From Thermoplasmata archaeon (GTDB lineage: Archaea; Thermoplasmatota; Thermoplasmata; GCA-020350865), in contig CP070751.1 in assembly GCA_020348445.1 (NCBI GenBank), forward strand, positions 4,812,506-4,876,505: DNA of 64,000 bases, in the 5' to 3' direction. The notes under the pieces were generated by a model. That model searched no databases, was not told the origin of the DNA, and saw only the letters and a program-made list of their open reading frames with translations. Below, in pieces: positions 1 to 8,776 of the stretch (positions are counted from its first letter, which is position 1; every line of letters begins with the position of its first letter). The position numbers and the translations under genes are program-made.

Positions 1-595
1 CAAGTGTGGCTTTACTGATGTTGACCTTTTGTGATAATTGCTCACTGTTTATCTTTTTGGGATAATCGAAATATCCATATTTCTTGGCAGCAATAAGGAC
101 TTCTCGTTGTTTATCTGTTAAAACGGAAAGAATATCATGCTCCTGATATGCCGCTTTTAGGAAGTTCATGTTAACGACATTTCCCATCTTCGTTCTCATC
201 AAATCAACGAACTTTAAAATTTCTTCTTGACTGCCTATACAGCTGTAGGTATGTTTCTCTTCTGTCATTATTATTGGCGTGGTATAAATCAAATCCATAC
301 CGAATTCTTTGAAAACATCTTTGAAATCCTCTGGTTCTACGATTCTAACGAGGCAAGCATGTTTATTACCCTCTGTTTTTAATACATTTAGTATCTCGTA
401 ATGACCTATTTTGTTCAAATCCTGAATATTTAAGCCCTCTTTTAAAACACAATCGGCTAAACATAACCGTTCTCCTTCGTTAAACTCATTCTTAAGCACC
501 TCCAAAACTTCAAAAGAATGAAGTTTTTTCCATAATGGCTTGAGTAATTTTGCCCAATTTTCATTTGGTTCTATTTCCAAGATCAGCTTTCTCAT
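1..595 (-). CDS. HTH_10 (bacterio-opsin-activator-type HTH) transcriptional regulator, copy 1, 3'-truncated by the window edge
   Basis: Not in the ORF track. Manual translation from ATG at 595 gives MRKLILEIEPNENWAKLLKPLW...LTDKQREVLIAAKKYGYFDYPKKINSEQLSQKVNISKATL, open to position 1 and clearly paralogous to the other five. Confidence 0.9.
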   Translation of the reverse strand, partial: MRKLILEIEPNENWAKLLKPLWKKLHSFEVLEVLKNEFNEGERLCLADCVLKEGLNIQDLNKIGHYEILNVLKTEGNKHACLVRIVEPEDFKDVFKEFGMDLIYTTPIIMTEEKHTYSCIGSQEEILKFVDLMRTKMGNVVNMNFLKAAYQEHDILSVLTDKQREVLIAAKKYGYFDYPKKINSEQLSQKVNISKATL

Positions 596-615
596 GGTTA
601 TCCGAATTAACTTCT

Positions 616-651
616 GGGTATTTAAACTACCGTACATACCAGGCTCAAATT
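616..651. promoter_or_regulatory. Conserved divergent-promoter/operator motif, copy 1
   Basis: GGGTATTTAAACTACCGTACATACCAGGCTCAAATT; begins 21 nt from the regulator ATG at 595. Confidence 0.75.
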
Positions 652-680
652 TTAACAAATCCATTTTACATATGGATTAA

Positions 681-1175
681 TTGATGAAAACGAAGGTTAG
701 AAAAATGGTAGCAGGAACTTCGATATTAAGGACTATTTATTATAGCATTATAGGTAAGCTCAGATTTCCAAAGAAATACATTGGAAAAACTGTTCGAATG
801 GAGGACGGATCAAACTATAAGATCTTCAGGCATATGAAGGCCAAACGAAAAAAGAAACTATCTACCGGAGCAATTTTTATTGTGCGTTTCAAGTTTAAGA
901 AATCTGATCATAAATCAAATATGAGAAAATCAAAAATTCCAATACCAATGATCGCTGGCTTTCCTGGTTTTAGGGAAAAATTATGGATGATCGATTATGG
1001 GACAGATTATTGGCAAGGGATGTATCAATTTGATAATACCTCAGAAATTGAAGATTACAAAAAATCTTTTGTGCTTGGTCTTATGAATAAGCGGGCTGTT
1101 AGAAGTACAATATCATATAGAACAATACCATATCTCAATCTTGAAGGTTTTTTGAATGGCATAATGACTGATTAA
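681..1175 (+). CDS. YdhR-like / ABM-type dimeric alpha-beta barrel protein
   Basis: C-terminal PGFREKLWMID...WQGMYQF...EDYKKS pattern resembles the YdhR putative monooxygenase family. Confidence 0.6.
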   Translation: MMKTKVRKMVAGTSILRTIYYSIIGKLRFPKKYIGKTVRMEDGSNYKIFRHMKAKRKKKLSTGAIFIVRFKFKKSDHKSNMRKSKIPIPMIAGFPGFREKLWMIDYGTDYWQGMYQFDNTSEIEDYKKSFVLGLMNKRAVRSTISYRTIPYLNLEGFLNGIMTD

Positions 1176-1239
1176 TTATTATGATAAATATAAAAGACAA
1201 ATGTGGATGAAATAAAAAATACAAAAAATGGTGATAAAT

Positions 1240-1980
1240 ATGGTTGAAAATAATATAGTTAAACAAACTAGAAAAGTTGAAGAACTTGAACAATTTGGCA
1301 AAACTCTCACAGGTCTTCCAAAAGAGACACTGAAGAAGCAAAAAGCTATTGTGATGCGCGAAATCCGAACGAAATATGGATTATTGGGCATACTACCTTT
1401 TTTTATCAAAGTTTCGCAGGAACAAAGAGCGTTAAAAAGGAAATATCCAGAAGCCTACCAGAAGGCGCTTCAATTGAGTGAAGATACAGCTAAGGAAATC
1501 ACTATGTTGATTGGAATGTTCAATGTTATTGCTAAAAAAGAAGGGAAAGAGAATGCATATGAGTTTGTAAAGAGTATCTTCCAAAAGGTTGCGGTTCACA
1601 GCATGCCAGCCCTTTACCAATTTAACGACCTTGTAAAATGTGAGGGCGACACTTTTGAAAACTTCATAAAATTCAACACTGCTTGGTTTAAAGCAATGAA
1701 TGAAGCGGGTACTTGGATAGTTGATGAACTTAAAGAAGAAAAAGACGAGCAGACAATAATAATAACGGAATGTGCAAACTGCGAACTCGGTAATGCTTTT
1801 AATTGTCCTGAAATAGCAAAACTTGGCTGTGATCACGATTTAGCCGGATTTCCTGTAATTCTTGATAAGGTTAATGCAGAATTCAGAAGGCCCCATACAA
1901 TTGCGAAGGGAGATGAGTACTGTGACTTTCATTTCTATCGAAAAGGTACAGCACCAGATACAGAACATTTAAATAAATAA
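1240..1980 (+). CDS. L-2-amino-thiazoline-4-carboxylate hydrolase-like (ATC_hydrolase family) protein
   Basis: ITECANC...IAKLGCDHD...FRRPHTIAKGDEYCDFHF signature; GGTGAT RBS before ATG 1240 (ORF track start 1228). Confidence 0.75.
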   Translation: MVENNIVKQTRKVEELEQFGKTLTGLPKETLKKQKAIVMREIRTKYGLLGILPFFIKVSQEQRALKRKYPEAYQKALQLSEDTAKEITMLIGMFNVIAKKEGKENAYEFVKSIFQKVAVHSMPALYQFNDLVKCEGDTFENFIKFNTAWFKAMNEAGTWIVDELKEEKDEQTIIITECANCELGNAFNCPEIAKLGCDHDLAGFPVILDKVNAEFRRPHTIAKGDEYCDFHFYRKGTAPDTEHLNK

Positions 1981-2001
1981 TATCAAAAAAAGGTGAATAA
2001 A

Positions 2002-2106
2002 ATGAATTCTGATATAAAAAGAAAATTAACCGCTCCGTGCGGATTGGACTGTTTCAATTGCGAAATTTATGGGAAAGCATCTGGGTATTTAAACTACCTG
2101 ATATAA
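2002..2106 (+). pseudogene. Truncated DUF3795-family gene (N-terminal fragment only)
   Basis: AGGTGAAT RBS, then MNSDIKRKLTAPCGLDCFNCEIY, matching LTAPCGLPCFECIVY of 2978..3532. It runs straight into the motif at 2083 and stops. Confidence 0.75.
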
Positions 2107-2118
2107 CTGGCTCAAATT
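2083..2118. promoter_or_regulatory. Conserved motif, copy 2 (orphan, no adjacent regulator)
   Basis: GGGTATTTAAACTACCTGATATAACTGGCTCAAATT. Confidence 0.75.
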
Positions 2119-2146
2119 TTTCATACTTTTTAGTGCATATCATGTT

Positions 2147-2180
2147 TTAGAAATCAAATCGTAAATAGGTGATAAACATG
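2147..2180 (+). repeat. 34-bp direct repeat, copy A (RBS plus ATG)
   Basis: TTAGAAATCAAATCGTAAATAGGTGATAAACATG; 31/34 identical to 2947..2980, exactly 800 bp downstream. Confidence 0.85.
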
Positions 2181-2417
2181 ACGGTGCTCTGTGTGAAACA
2201 TGTCAGGTCACACATTGACAATATGAAAAATAAGGAGGCAAAATAAATGAGTGATGAAAATAGGAATCCCAATTGGGAAAATCCAAATAGTGTCCTGGAA
2301 ATTGAGAGCAGCTGGATAAGGTTCCAGAGATCCGGAAGAGGCGATCCGATTCCGAGAATGATGAGGCAAAAAAGGAGTTCTAAAAGAATCCGATAAATGA
2401 TAAAAGAGGTGAATAAA

Positions 2418-2945
2418 ATGGAAGATAAAATCAAGAATGGAAAACTTTCCCTTGAGGTCACAACCACAGAAAACAGATGTCCAATAGGGGAAAAAGTGGG
2501 AAGTGGAAATGAAACTGAGGGTAAGATCCCGGTTATCTCATGCGAAGGAGGCTGTATCAGGGGCGAAATCGCGCGCCTTGCAGCCAACGCGGTGGCAAAG
2601 GAGGAGCCCTACAGACGCGGTTGCCATGGAGAGTTTCTAACCGTCCCCCACTCGAAAATCGCCCAGTGGATGAATAATTCGGAAAAGATAGTGCTCATTG
2701 ATGGATGTTTCCTTCGATGCCATGGCAGGATCTTGGAGAACATGATAGGGAAGGAGAGACTGGTTCAATTCGATGCCCTTTCCCACTACAAGAAATATAC
2801 CGATAAGTTCGATATCCATGAAGTACCAGAAGAAGAGCGGATTCAGGTGGCTGAGGATGTGGCTGACTGGATACTTGAAACTTTGAGCGGGAGAGAAATT
2901 GAAGACGGTCATACGTCAACCTTTCGAATGAATACCATACCTTGA
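2418..2945 (+). CDS. DGC-domain putative zinc-binding protein
   Basis: SCEGGCIRGEIARLAAN...C...IVLIDGCFLRCHGR; GAGGTG RBS before ATG 2418 (track start 2397). Confidence 0.8.
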   Translation: MEDKIKNGKLSLEVTTTENRCPIGEKVGSGNETEGKIPVISCEGGCIRGEIARLAANAVAKEEPYRRGCHGEFLTVPHSKIAQWMNNSEKIVLIDGCFLRCHGRILENMIGKERLVQFDALSHYKKYTDKFDIHEVPEEERIQVAEDVADWILETLSGREIEDGHTSTFRMNTIP

Positions 2946-2946
2946 A

Positions 2947-2980
2947 TTAGAAACCAAATCGTAAATAGATGATAAATATG
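2947..2980 (+). repeat. 34-bp direct repeat, copy B
   Basis: TTAGAAACCAAATCGTAAATAGATGATAAATATG. Confidence 0.85.
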
Positions 2981-3532
2981 GAAGAAAAAGATATGGATAT
3001 AAAAACAATAGAGAATAATAACGCTCCTCGCGATTCTGGGAACGGATCTGAATCAAAGACAGAAATATTGAATATGGTTCGAGAATATGGAAAAAAGGCT
3101 CGGGCTAAGGTATGGGAACAATCAATTGATTTCGAGAAACTTACGGCTCCGTGCGGGTTGCCCTGCTTTGAATGTATTGTATACCTTGCGGGCTATAGCG
3201 ATGAATTGAAAAAACTGGTTGCGACAGTGTTGCAGATACCTGAAGAGAATTGTGTCTGCCAAGGTTGCCGTGCAGAAAAAGGCATGTGCGGCCCTCTTCC
3301 GGTCAGCTGCCACGTCTATCCATGCGCTCAGGAAAAAAAAGTCCTTACATGTGGCGACTGTGAAGATTTTCCCTGCGACTATCTTCATCCCTATGCGGAC
3401 CAAGCCTTAAAGCCGCACAATACCAAGGTTTTCAACCTATGCCTGATCAAGAAAATGGGGCTAAAAAAATGGGCCGAAGAAAAAGCCGAGAAAGTAATAG
3501 ATACCTATCATTACGAGAAGTGGAGACTCTAA
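2978..3532 (+). CDS. DUF3795-family cysteine-rich protein
   Basis: APCGLPCFEC...CQGCR...C...CHVYPC...CGDCEDFPC cysteine pattern. Confidence 0.75.
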   Translation: MEEKDMDIKTIENNNAPRDSGNGSESKTEILNMVREYGKKARAKVWEQSIDFEKLTAPCGLPCFECIVYLAGYSDELKKLVATVLQIPEENCVCQGCRAEKGMCGPLPVSCHVYPCAQEKKVLTCGDCEDFPCDYLHPYADQALKPHNTKVFNLCLIKKMGLKKWAEEKAEKVIDTYHYEKWRL

Positions 3533-3629
3533 AAGCAATTAAATAACGGGGGAAAAAAAGAAAAATGATTCAATAATCATATCTGACAATATGGCACTAT
3601 ACAATTAATTAAGATAAGGGATTGATAAT

Positions 3630-4010
3630 ATGGAAGAAGAAAACGTTACTTGTGATAACTGCGGAGATTTAGTACGCAAAGAGTGGACCTTTGAAGACAA
3701 TAATGGTATAATCTGCGAAGATTGCTACATAGACAGAAAGCATACGATAAAAATTTGTGATCCATTAGCGGTTAATTCAGCAAAGAGATTTCGCGAACTT
3801 ACTGGGCAAAAAGGAACAGATGGTTTATCAGACCTTCAGAAACAAATATATGATCTTGTTCAATCGAAAGGAAAAGTGGAGCCTGATGAGCTCATCCAGA
3901 CCTTTAATCTATCAACCAAACAATTAGAGAATCAAATTGCAATATTAAGACATTGTGAACTTATAAAAGGAAAAAAAATGGACGGTGAGATATTCTTAGT
4001 GCCATTTTAG
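3630..4010 (+). CDS. Hypothetical protein: CxxC...CxxC zinc-ribbon plus winged-HTH-like C-terminus
   Basis: CDNC...CEDC...C, then LSDLQKQIYDLVQSKGKV...LENQIAILRHCELI; GGGGA RBS. Confidence 0.55.
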   Translation: MEEENVTCDNCGDLVRKEWTFEDNNGIICEDCYIDRKHTIKICDPLAVNSAKRFRELTGQKGTDGLSDLQKQIYDLVQSKGKVEPDELIQTFNLSTKQLENQIAILRHCELIKGKKMDGEIFLVPF

Positions 4011-4031
4011 ATTGTTTGGTAATCATCTTGA

Positions 4032-4682
4032 TCAATACCCTGCCAATATATTTGCCAACAGGCGCTCTTCAGCTTTTCTCAGATGCTCGAGCAATGTGGC
4101 CTTCGAGATACCCACCTTGTTGGAGAGATCCTCGCTTGATATCTTCTTCGGTAAGTCATAGTATCCATTCTTTTTTGCAGCAATAAGGACTTCTCTTTGT
4201 TTGTCGGTTAAAACCGAAAGAATATCATGAGGCTGATATACTGCTTTCTGAAAGTGCATATTAACAACCTTACCGTATTTTTTGATTTTCTCAACAAATT
4301 TCATTAAATTTTCTTGATCACCAATACAACTGTAGATGCGTTTATCTTCTGCTACTGAAGAGGGTGTGGTCCAGATAAGATTTAATTTGAACTCAGTTAA
4401 CATTTGAGTGAACTCTTTTGGTACTTGGATCTTTACGACACATGTATGTTTCCTATTCTCGGATTTCAGAACACTCAGTATTTCCACATTATCTGGGATT
4501 TTTGCCTCGTGAATTGGTATGTTTCTTTTTGTATGACATTCCATTAAACCTATTTTTACGCCCTCTTCATAATCAATTCTCATCATCTCCAAGAGCTCGA
4601 AACGATGAAAGTTTTCAAATATGGGGCTCAGTAATTTTGCCCAATTCTCATTCGGTTCAATTTCAAGGATCAGCTTTCTCAT
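4032..4682 (-). CDS. HTH_10 transcriptional regulator, copy 2
   Basis: C-terminal LTDKQREVLIAAKKNGYYDLPKKISSEDLSNKVGISKATLLEHLRKAE signature. Confidence 0.92.
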   Translation of the reverse strand: MRKLILEIEPNENWAKLLSPIFENFHRFELLEMMRIDYEEGVKIGLMECHTKRNIPIHEAKIPDNVEILSVLKSENRKHTCVVKIQVPKEFTQMLTEFKLNLIWTTPSSVAEDKRIYSCIGDQENLMKFVEKIKKYGKVVNMHFQKAVYQPHDILSVLTDKQREVLIAAKKNGYYDLPKKISSEDLSNKVGISKATLLEHLRKAEERLLANILAGY

Positions 4683-4702
4683 GATAATCTGAATAAGTTT
4701 AT

Positions 4703-4738
4703 GAGTATTTAAACTGCCCTATATAATCGGCTCAAGCC
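4703..4738. promoter_or_regulatory. Conserved motif, copy 3
   Basis: GAGTATTTAAACTGCCCTATATAATCGGCTCAAG; 21 nt from ATG 4682. Confidence 0.75.
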
Positions 4739-4791
4739 TTAACAAAAACGGAGGACATATACTATAATTGAAGGAAAAGAAGGTGAGAAAA

Positions 4792-5034
4792 ATGACAACA
4801 TGGTTGAGAACACAAAAAAGTGTTGAAAATATTCTCTATGTTCTAGATTTTGAACCTTTCGTAGTAAATTATGGAAAACGATGTATGATTAATGCTTCTG
4901 AAGCTCGATTATCTGGTTTACAAAACTTTTTGTTGAAATCCGTAACGATTAGATATAACAACAGAAGCAAGAAAGGTGTTAATTTATCATTAAATTCACC
5001 GTCAATATCAGATAAAGTTGAAAGGACGGGATAA
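4792..5034 (+). CDS. Small hypothetical ORF (80 aa), possibly a gene remnant
   Basis: AAGGTGAG RBS before ATG 4792; no recognisable family. Confidence 0.3.
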   Translation: MTTWLRTQKSVENILYVLDFEPFVVNYGKRCMINASEARLSGLQNFLLKSVTIRYNNRSKKGVNLSLNSPSISDKVERTG

Positions 5035-5195
5035 AATAATGGTTAAGGGCAGAAGTATTTGGAAAAGAAGGAAAAGGTGGGGTAAAATTTGGTATTTGTT
5101 TAAGGAAATGAGCGAATGGTATGGACTGGATTGTTATTATCCATGGGAGAGGAAGAGGCTAAGTGAATCCCTATTCTGATAAGGAGGCAGTGAAA

Positions 5196-7103
5196 ATGAA
5201 AGAGATTCGTATTGGAAAAAATGTCAAGGATATTGATTTCAAATCACTAGAAATTGAGGATATTGGACCTGATCCAAATTTCCTTTTTCGCCCTCCTCAA
5301 TACTTTAATTCGAAATGGATATCAGAGAGAATTGATTATAAATTTAAGAGGATTGCTTATCTTGGAAATGGTCACTCGAGCAAGGTATATAAACTTCAGA
5401 ACACAAAAACAGGAGCTCTTTATGCTGAAAAAGTGAGAATTAGCAGTCAACTTGCAAAATCCGTTTATTCCATCTCCTTTCAGGCCCCGACTCCTGACAG
5501 GAATGAAGATGCTGTGAAGGCAGCCGTCTTAACAAGGAATTTACTTGCCATCCTCACCAAAAAATGGCGTGAAAGGGACGGGAGAATCCCATGTGTTGCT
5601 GATGCATTGGGATATAGATGGGATAATGAGGAAAAAACATACTCTATTATTACAGAATTTATTGATGGCCGAGGTCCTAAACCTCTTACAGATGAGATTT
5701 TCCAACTGACTAATCGTATGGACCTCCTTCAACCCTATCTTTTAGAAGCTGGACTTTATGGACCAGCATGGCAGATCGATAAGAGTAACATGACCTCAAC
5801 TGCAAATTTCAGATACAGTGAGGAGGAGGGGATATGGTATTGGATAGACTCTGAACCGGGCATGGTAGCATTAAAGCTTGGCCCTAAGAAAAAATATATC
5901 TCTGAGGCTAAGAAAGCCGGATTTATACCGCTATTTGCCGATATAGATTTTCTCAGATTGAGAGAATATGTAAAAAAGGAGAGGATAACAGGTGTGGACA
6001 ACATAATTGATTTGCTTGAACAAAGCATGAATGAATGGAAGCAAAGCGAGATAGCCATTTATAGAAATAGAAATATCCATTCGAAAAAAGTAAAGAAATG
6101 GTATATTCGGAACTGGCGATATGAGAGAAAGTTATCTAAAAGAACAGAAAATATGTTAATTAAAAACAACCTTGCGTTTCTTTTATATCTTATATTTGGT
6201 AGACTCGCTAGTTTTAGTCTCAATTCCGAATACAGAGTGAAAAGGATTGAAGATTTCTTTAGAAAATTGGAGAATGAGGATGTTATACCCAAAGGGTATC
6301 GAAAACACTTTGTTTTAAATTACTTTCTTAAAAAGCTCTGTCCAAAAACCATTCATCATTATTTGGTGAATAGATCATTTCGACGTTATATTAATAAGGG
6401 AATTATAAATCGAAATCACAGAATCCATATCGCAAAAGACTACATTGACAATGGAATTGGGGAATGGGAGAAATCAAAAAGGCTCACAAAGAATGAGGCT
6501 AAAGCAATAAGAAAAGAAATTGATGATCAAGTAACAATGGATGTTTATCTGACAGGATTCAGCGTCCATCTGTTATTTAAAGGTTTGACTGTTGTAGGAG
6601 ACCTCTTAGCAATAATTAACATTCTAGGGACATCTGGACTTAAATTTCTCGAACCCCTGACATTAGAATTCCTTCTAATTGATGGCTTGCCGTGGCCATT
6701 AAATGCCATTGGTCCATTATTAATCGGTCCGATTCTACGGATTAGTTATGTATTGTATAGTAAAATACGATGCATTATAGAAGGAAGAAAGGTACCACAC
6801 TCAATTGCAGCTATATTCTCCTTCGGTAAGTTTGGGATAGGGACCATGGCCTTTCCTGCTCAAATGATGTTTTCTGAAAACAAATTCACCATGGAATATC
6901 TACTCTCAAAAATGGGAAAGAAGATCCCCATATTTGGAGGGACCGATAGTCGAATCGAACATTGGTTTATACGAGGGGCAAATATGAAAAACTCCATTGT
7001 ATCCTTCAAAATCAAGATCTCGAATTCAGTTAAATTTGGTCCTTTCAGAAGACCTCCTGTACCGGTGAAGGATGATCAAAAACCAATAGAAGTTAGGGCG
7101 TGA
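5196..7103 (+). CDS. Large hypothetical protein with an N-terminal protein-kinase-like region and a hydrophobic C-terminal region
   Basis: LGNGHSSKVYK (Gly-rich loop), YAEK (VAIK-like Lys), IITEFIDG (hinge-like), WIDSEP (DFG-like); AAGGAGG RBS before ATG 5196. Confidence 0.6.
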   Translation: MKEIRIGKNVKDIDFKSLEIEDIGPDPNFLFRPPQYFNSKWISERIDYKFKRIAYLGNGHSSKVYKLQNTKTGALYAEKVRISSQLAKSVYSISFQAPTPDRNEDAVKAAVLTRNLLAILTKKWRERDGRIPCVADALGYRWDNEEKTYSIITEFIDGRGPKPLTDEIFQLTNRMDLLQPYLLEAGLYGPAWQIDKSNMTSTANFRYSEEEGIWYWIDSEPGMVALKLGPKKKYISEAKKAGFIPLFADIDFLRLREYVKKERITGVDNIIDLLEQSMNEWKQSEIAIYRNRNIHSKKVKKWYIRNWRYERKLSKRTENMLIKNNLAFLLYLIFGRLASFSLNSEYRVKRIEDFFRKLENEDVIPKGYRKHFVLNYFLKKLCPKTIHHYLVNRSFRRYINKGIINRNHRIHIAKDYIDNGIGEWEKSKRLTKNEAKAIRKEIDDQVTMDVYLTGFSVHLLFKGLTVVGDLLAIINILGTSGLKFLEPLTLEFLLIDGLPWPLNAIGPLLIGPILRISYVLYSKIRCIIEGRKVPHSIAAIFSFGKFGIGTMAFPAQMMFSENKFTMEYLLSKMGKKIPIFGGTDSRIEHWFIRGANMKNSIVSFKIKISNSVKFGPFRRPPVPVKDDQKPIEVRA

Positions 7104-7939
7104 ATATAATGAATTGGCCAAAATGGGAGCAAACTGGACTTTTACGAAAGATTATTGCCGTTTTCATATATCTTGTTGTTTTTCTTTATGTATTGATTTT
7201 TCGTGTCTTTGTTAATATCGTGGGTTCCGGCGAACCAGAATTCTTCCCCATTGAAATATTGACAACAGCCTGTATTCTCGCAGCTATTGTTTTTATTTAC
7301 ATGATATACAAAAAAGATGTACTCAGAATCGGAAAAAGTAATACTTTATATCCAATTTTGCTAGTAATATTTTTTTCATATTATCTTGCAGAAAACAACT
7401 GGCTTTTGGGAAGGGATCATTTGGTGGGAGTAATAATATTGGGGGCAATCATAGGATCGGTTTTTATTGTTACTTTATTAAAGATTTGCAAGGTTAATTT
7501 AGAAGCGGGTGTAATCTTTGGTCTGGCCATCTTATTCTTGACTTTTGGTACGCTTGTTGATGCCTCAGCGGATGGATATATCCCGGTTGACTTTGGAATA
7601 AATCGTGCAGGACTTATTGAGGAGGTTTTGGAGCTTTATGCAAGTATGTTCATTTTGCATTCCCTAATCTTGTTACACTATTTTTCAAATCCACGAGATT
7701 ATCTCAATTGCAAAAAAAGGCGCACCTTGGCTGAAGTTTTTATGGGTGCATCGATCCTAAGTTATGGCAACAGTCTTCTTCTATATAATCGGGGAGAACC
7801 GGTGCCTATATCAAGAACATTGACCGGATTATTTATAATCGTACTTACATTGTCTATATTCTATCTCTATTTTATTAGGAAAAAGTCTTTGCAAAATTCA
7901 GATGATATCGATGAAAAAAGCTATGCTTTTTTGGGATGA
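7100..7939 (+). CDS. Multi-pass membrane hypothetical protein
   Basis: Several hydrophobic segments; GTGA overlap with the upstream stop codon. Confidence 0.7.
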   Translation: MNIMNWPKWEQTGLLRKIIAVFIYLVVFLYVLIFRVFVNIVGSGEPEFFPIEILTTACILAAIVFIYMIYKKDVLRIGKSNTLYPILLVIFFSYYLAENNWLLGRDHLVGVIILGAIIGSVFIVTLLKICKVNLEAGVIFGLAILFLTFGTLVDASADGYIPVDFGINRAGLIEEVLELYASMFILHSLILLHYFSNPRDYLNCKKRRTLAEVFMGASILSYGNSLLLYNRGEPVPISRTLTGLFIIVLTLSIFYLYFIRKKSLQNSDDIDEKSYAFLG

Positions 7940-7946
7940 GGACTAC

Positions 7947-8681
7947 ATGAACAAGGATTTGAATTTCCAACTTAAGTCAAAATGGCAAATAATTGTGTCG
8001 TGGTTATTTTTATATTTATTTTTTATTTTATTGACGGTATTTACGTTATTTGGAAGGACGTTATATTTCGATAATCTTATCATGGAAATGTTGAGCTTTC
8101 CCAATGCATATTTTTTAAGGCTTTTTTTCGTTGGTATTTCGCAGTTGAGCTTGTATATGGCCATAATTTTTCCTCCAATTATTGCGTTTTGGTATATACT
8201 CAGAAACAATAAAAGAAAGGGACATTTTGTATTAATAGTAATAGTCGGGAGTGTTTTAATATGGGAGTTTTTCAATATCATCATATCATGGCCTAGGCCA
8301 CAGACATCAATTGTATTAACGCAATCATACAGCTACCCCAGTGGTCATGTATTGGTGGGAGTTTGCTTTTATTTATCTTTGGCCATAACAATTAGTAATT
8401 CTATGGATAATAGAAGGAAAAGGATAATTGCATGGGCAATATCAATTATCATTATTGCGATGATATCTGTTAGTAGAATGTATCTGAGAGCACACTATCC
8501 AACAGATGTCATAGCAGGTATCGTTATTGGGGTTCTGTGGTTGCTTACAGTGGTCCTGTGTTTTGAAAAAATAGAAATTATGTTAATCAAAGTGGAATCT
8601 ACAATACGAAAGGTGTTCAATTTTATGATAACGGATAATGTTAATGCACCGTTAAAACATAGACTTTATTTGGATTATTGA
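7947..8681 (+). CDS. PAP2-family membrane phosphatase
   Basis: WPRP, YPSGH and SRMYLRAHYPTDV motifs; likely start 7947 (track start 7902). Confidence 0.88.
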   Translation: MNKDLNFQLKSKWQIIVSWLFLYLFFILLTVFTLFGRTLYFDNLIMEMLSFPNAYFLRLFFVGISQLSLYMAIIFPPIIAFWYILRNNKRKGHFVLIVIVGSVLIWEFFNIIISWPRPQTSIVLTQSYSYPSGHVLVGVCFYLSLAITISNSMDNRRKRIIAWAISIIIIAMISVSRMYLRAHYPTDVIAGIVIGVLWLLTVVLCFEKIEIMLIKVESTIRKVFNFMITDNVNAPLKHRLYLDY

Positions 8682-8776
8682 TTCACTATTAGAATTAATC
8701 AGGAAAAGACAAAGGTAGGATTTGTTGTGAGCATTAATGGAAATATAACAATAACGACTCATTTTTAATGTTATCT

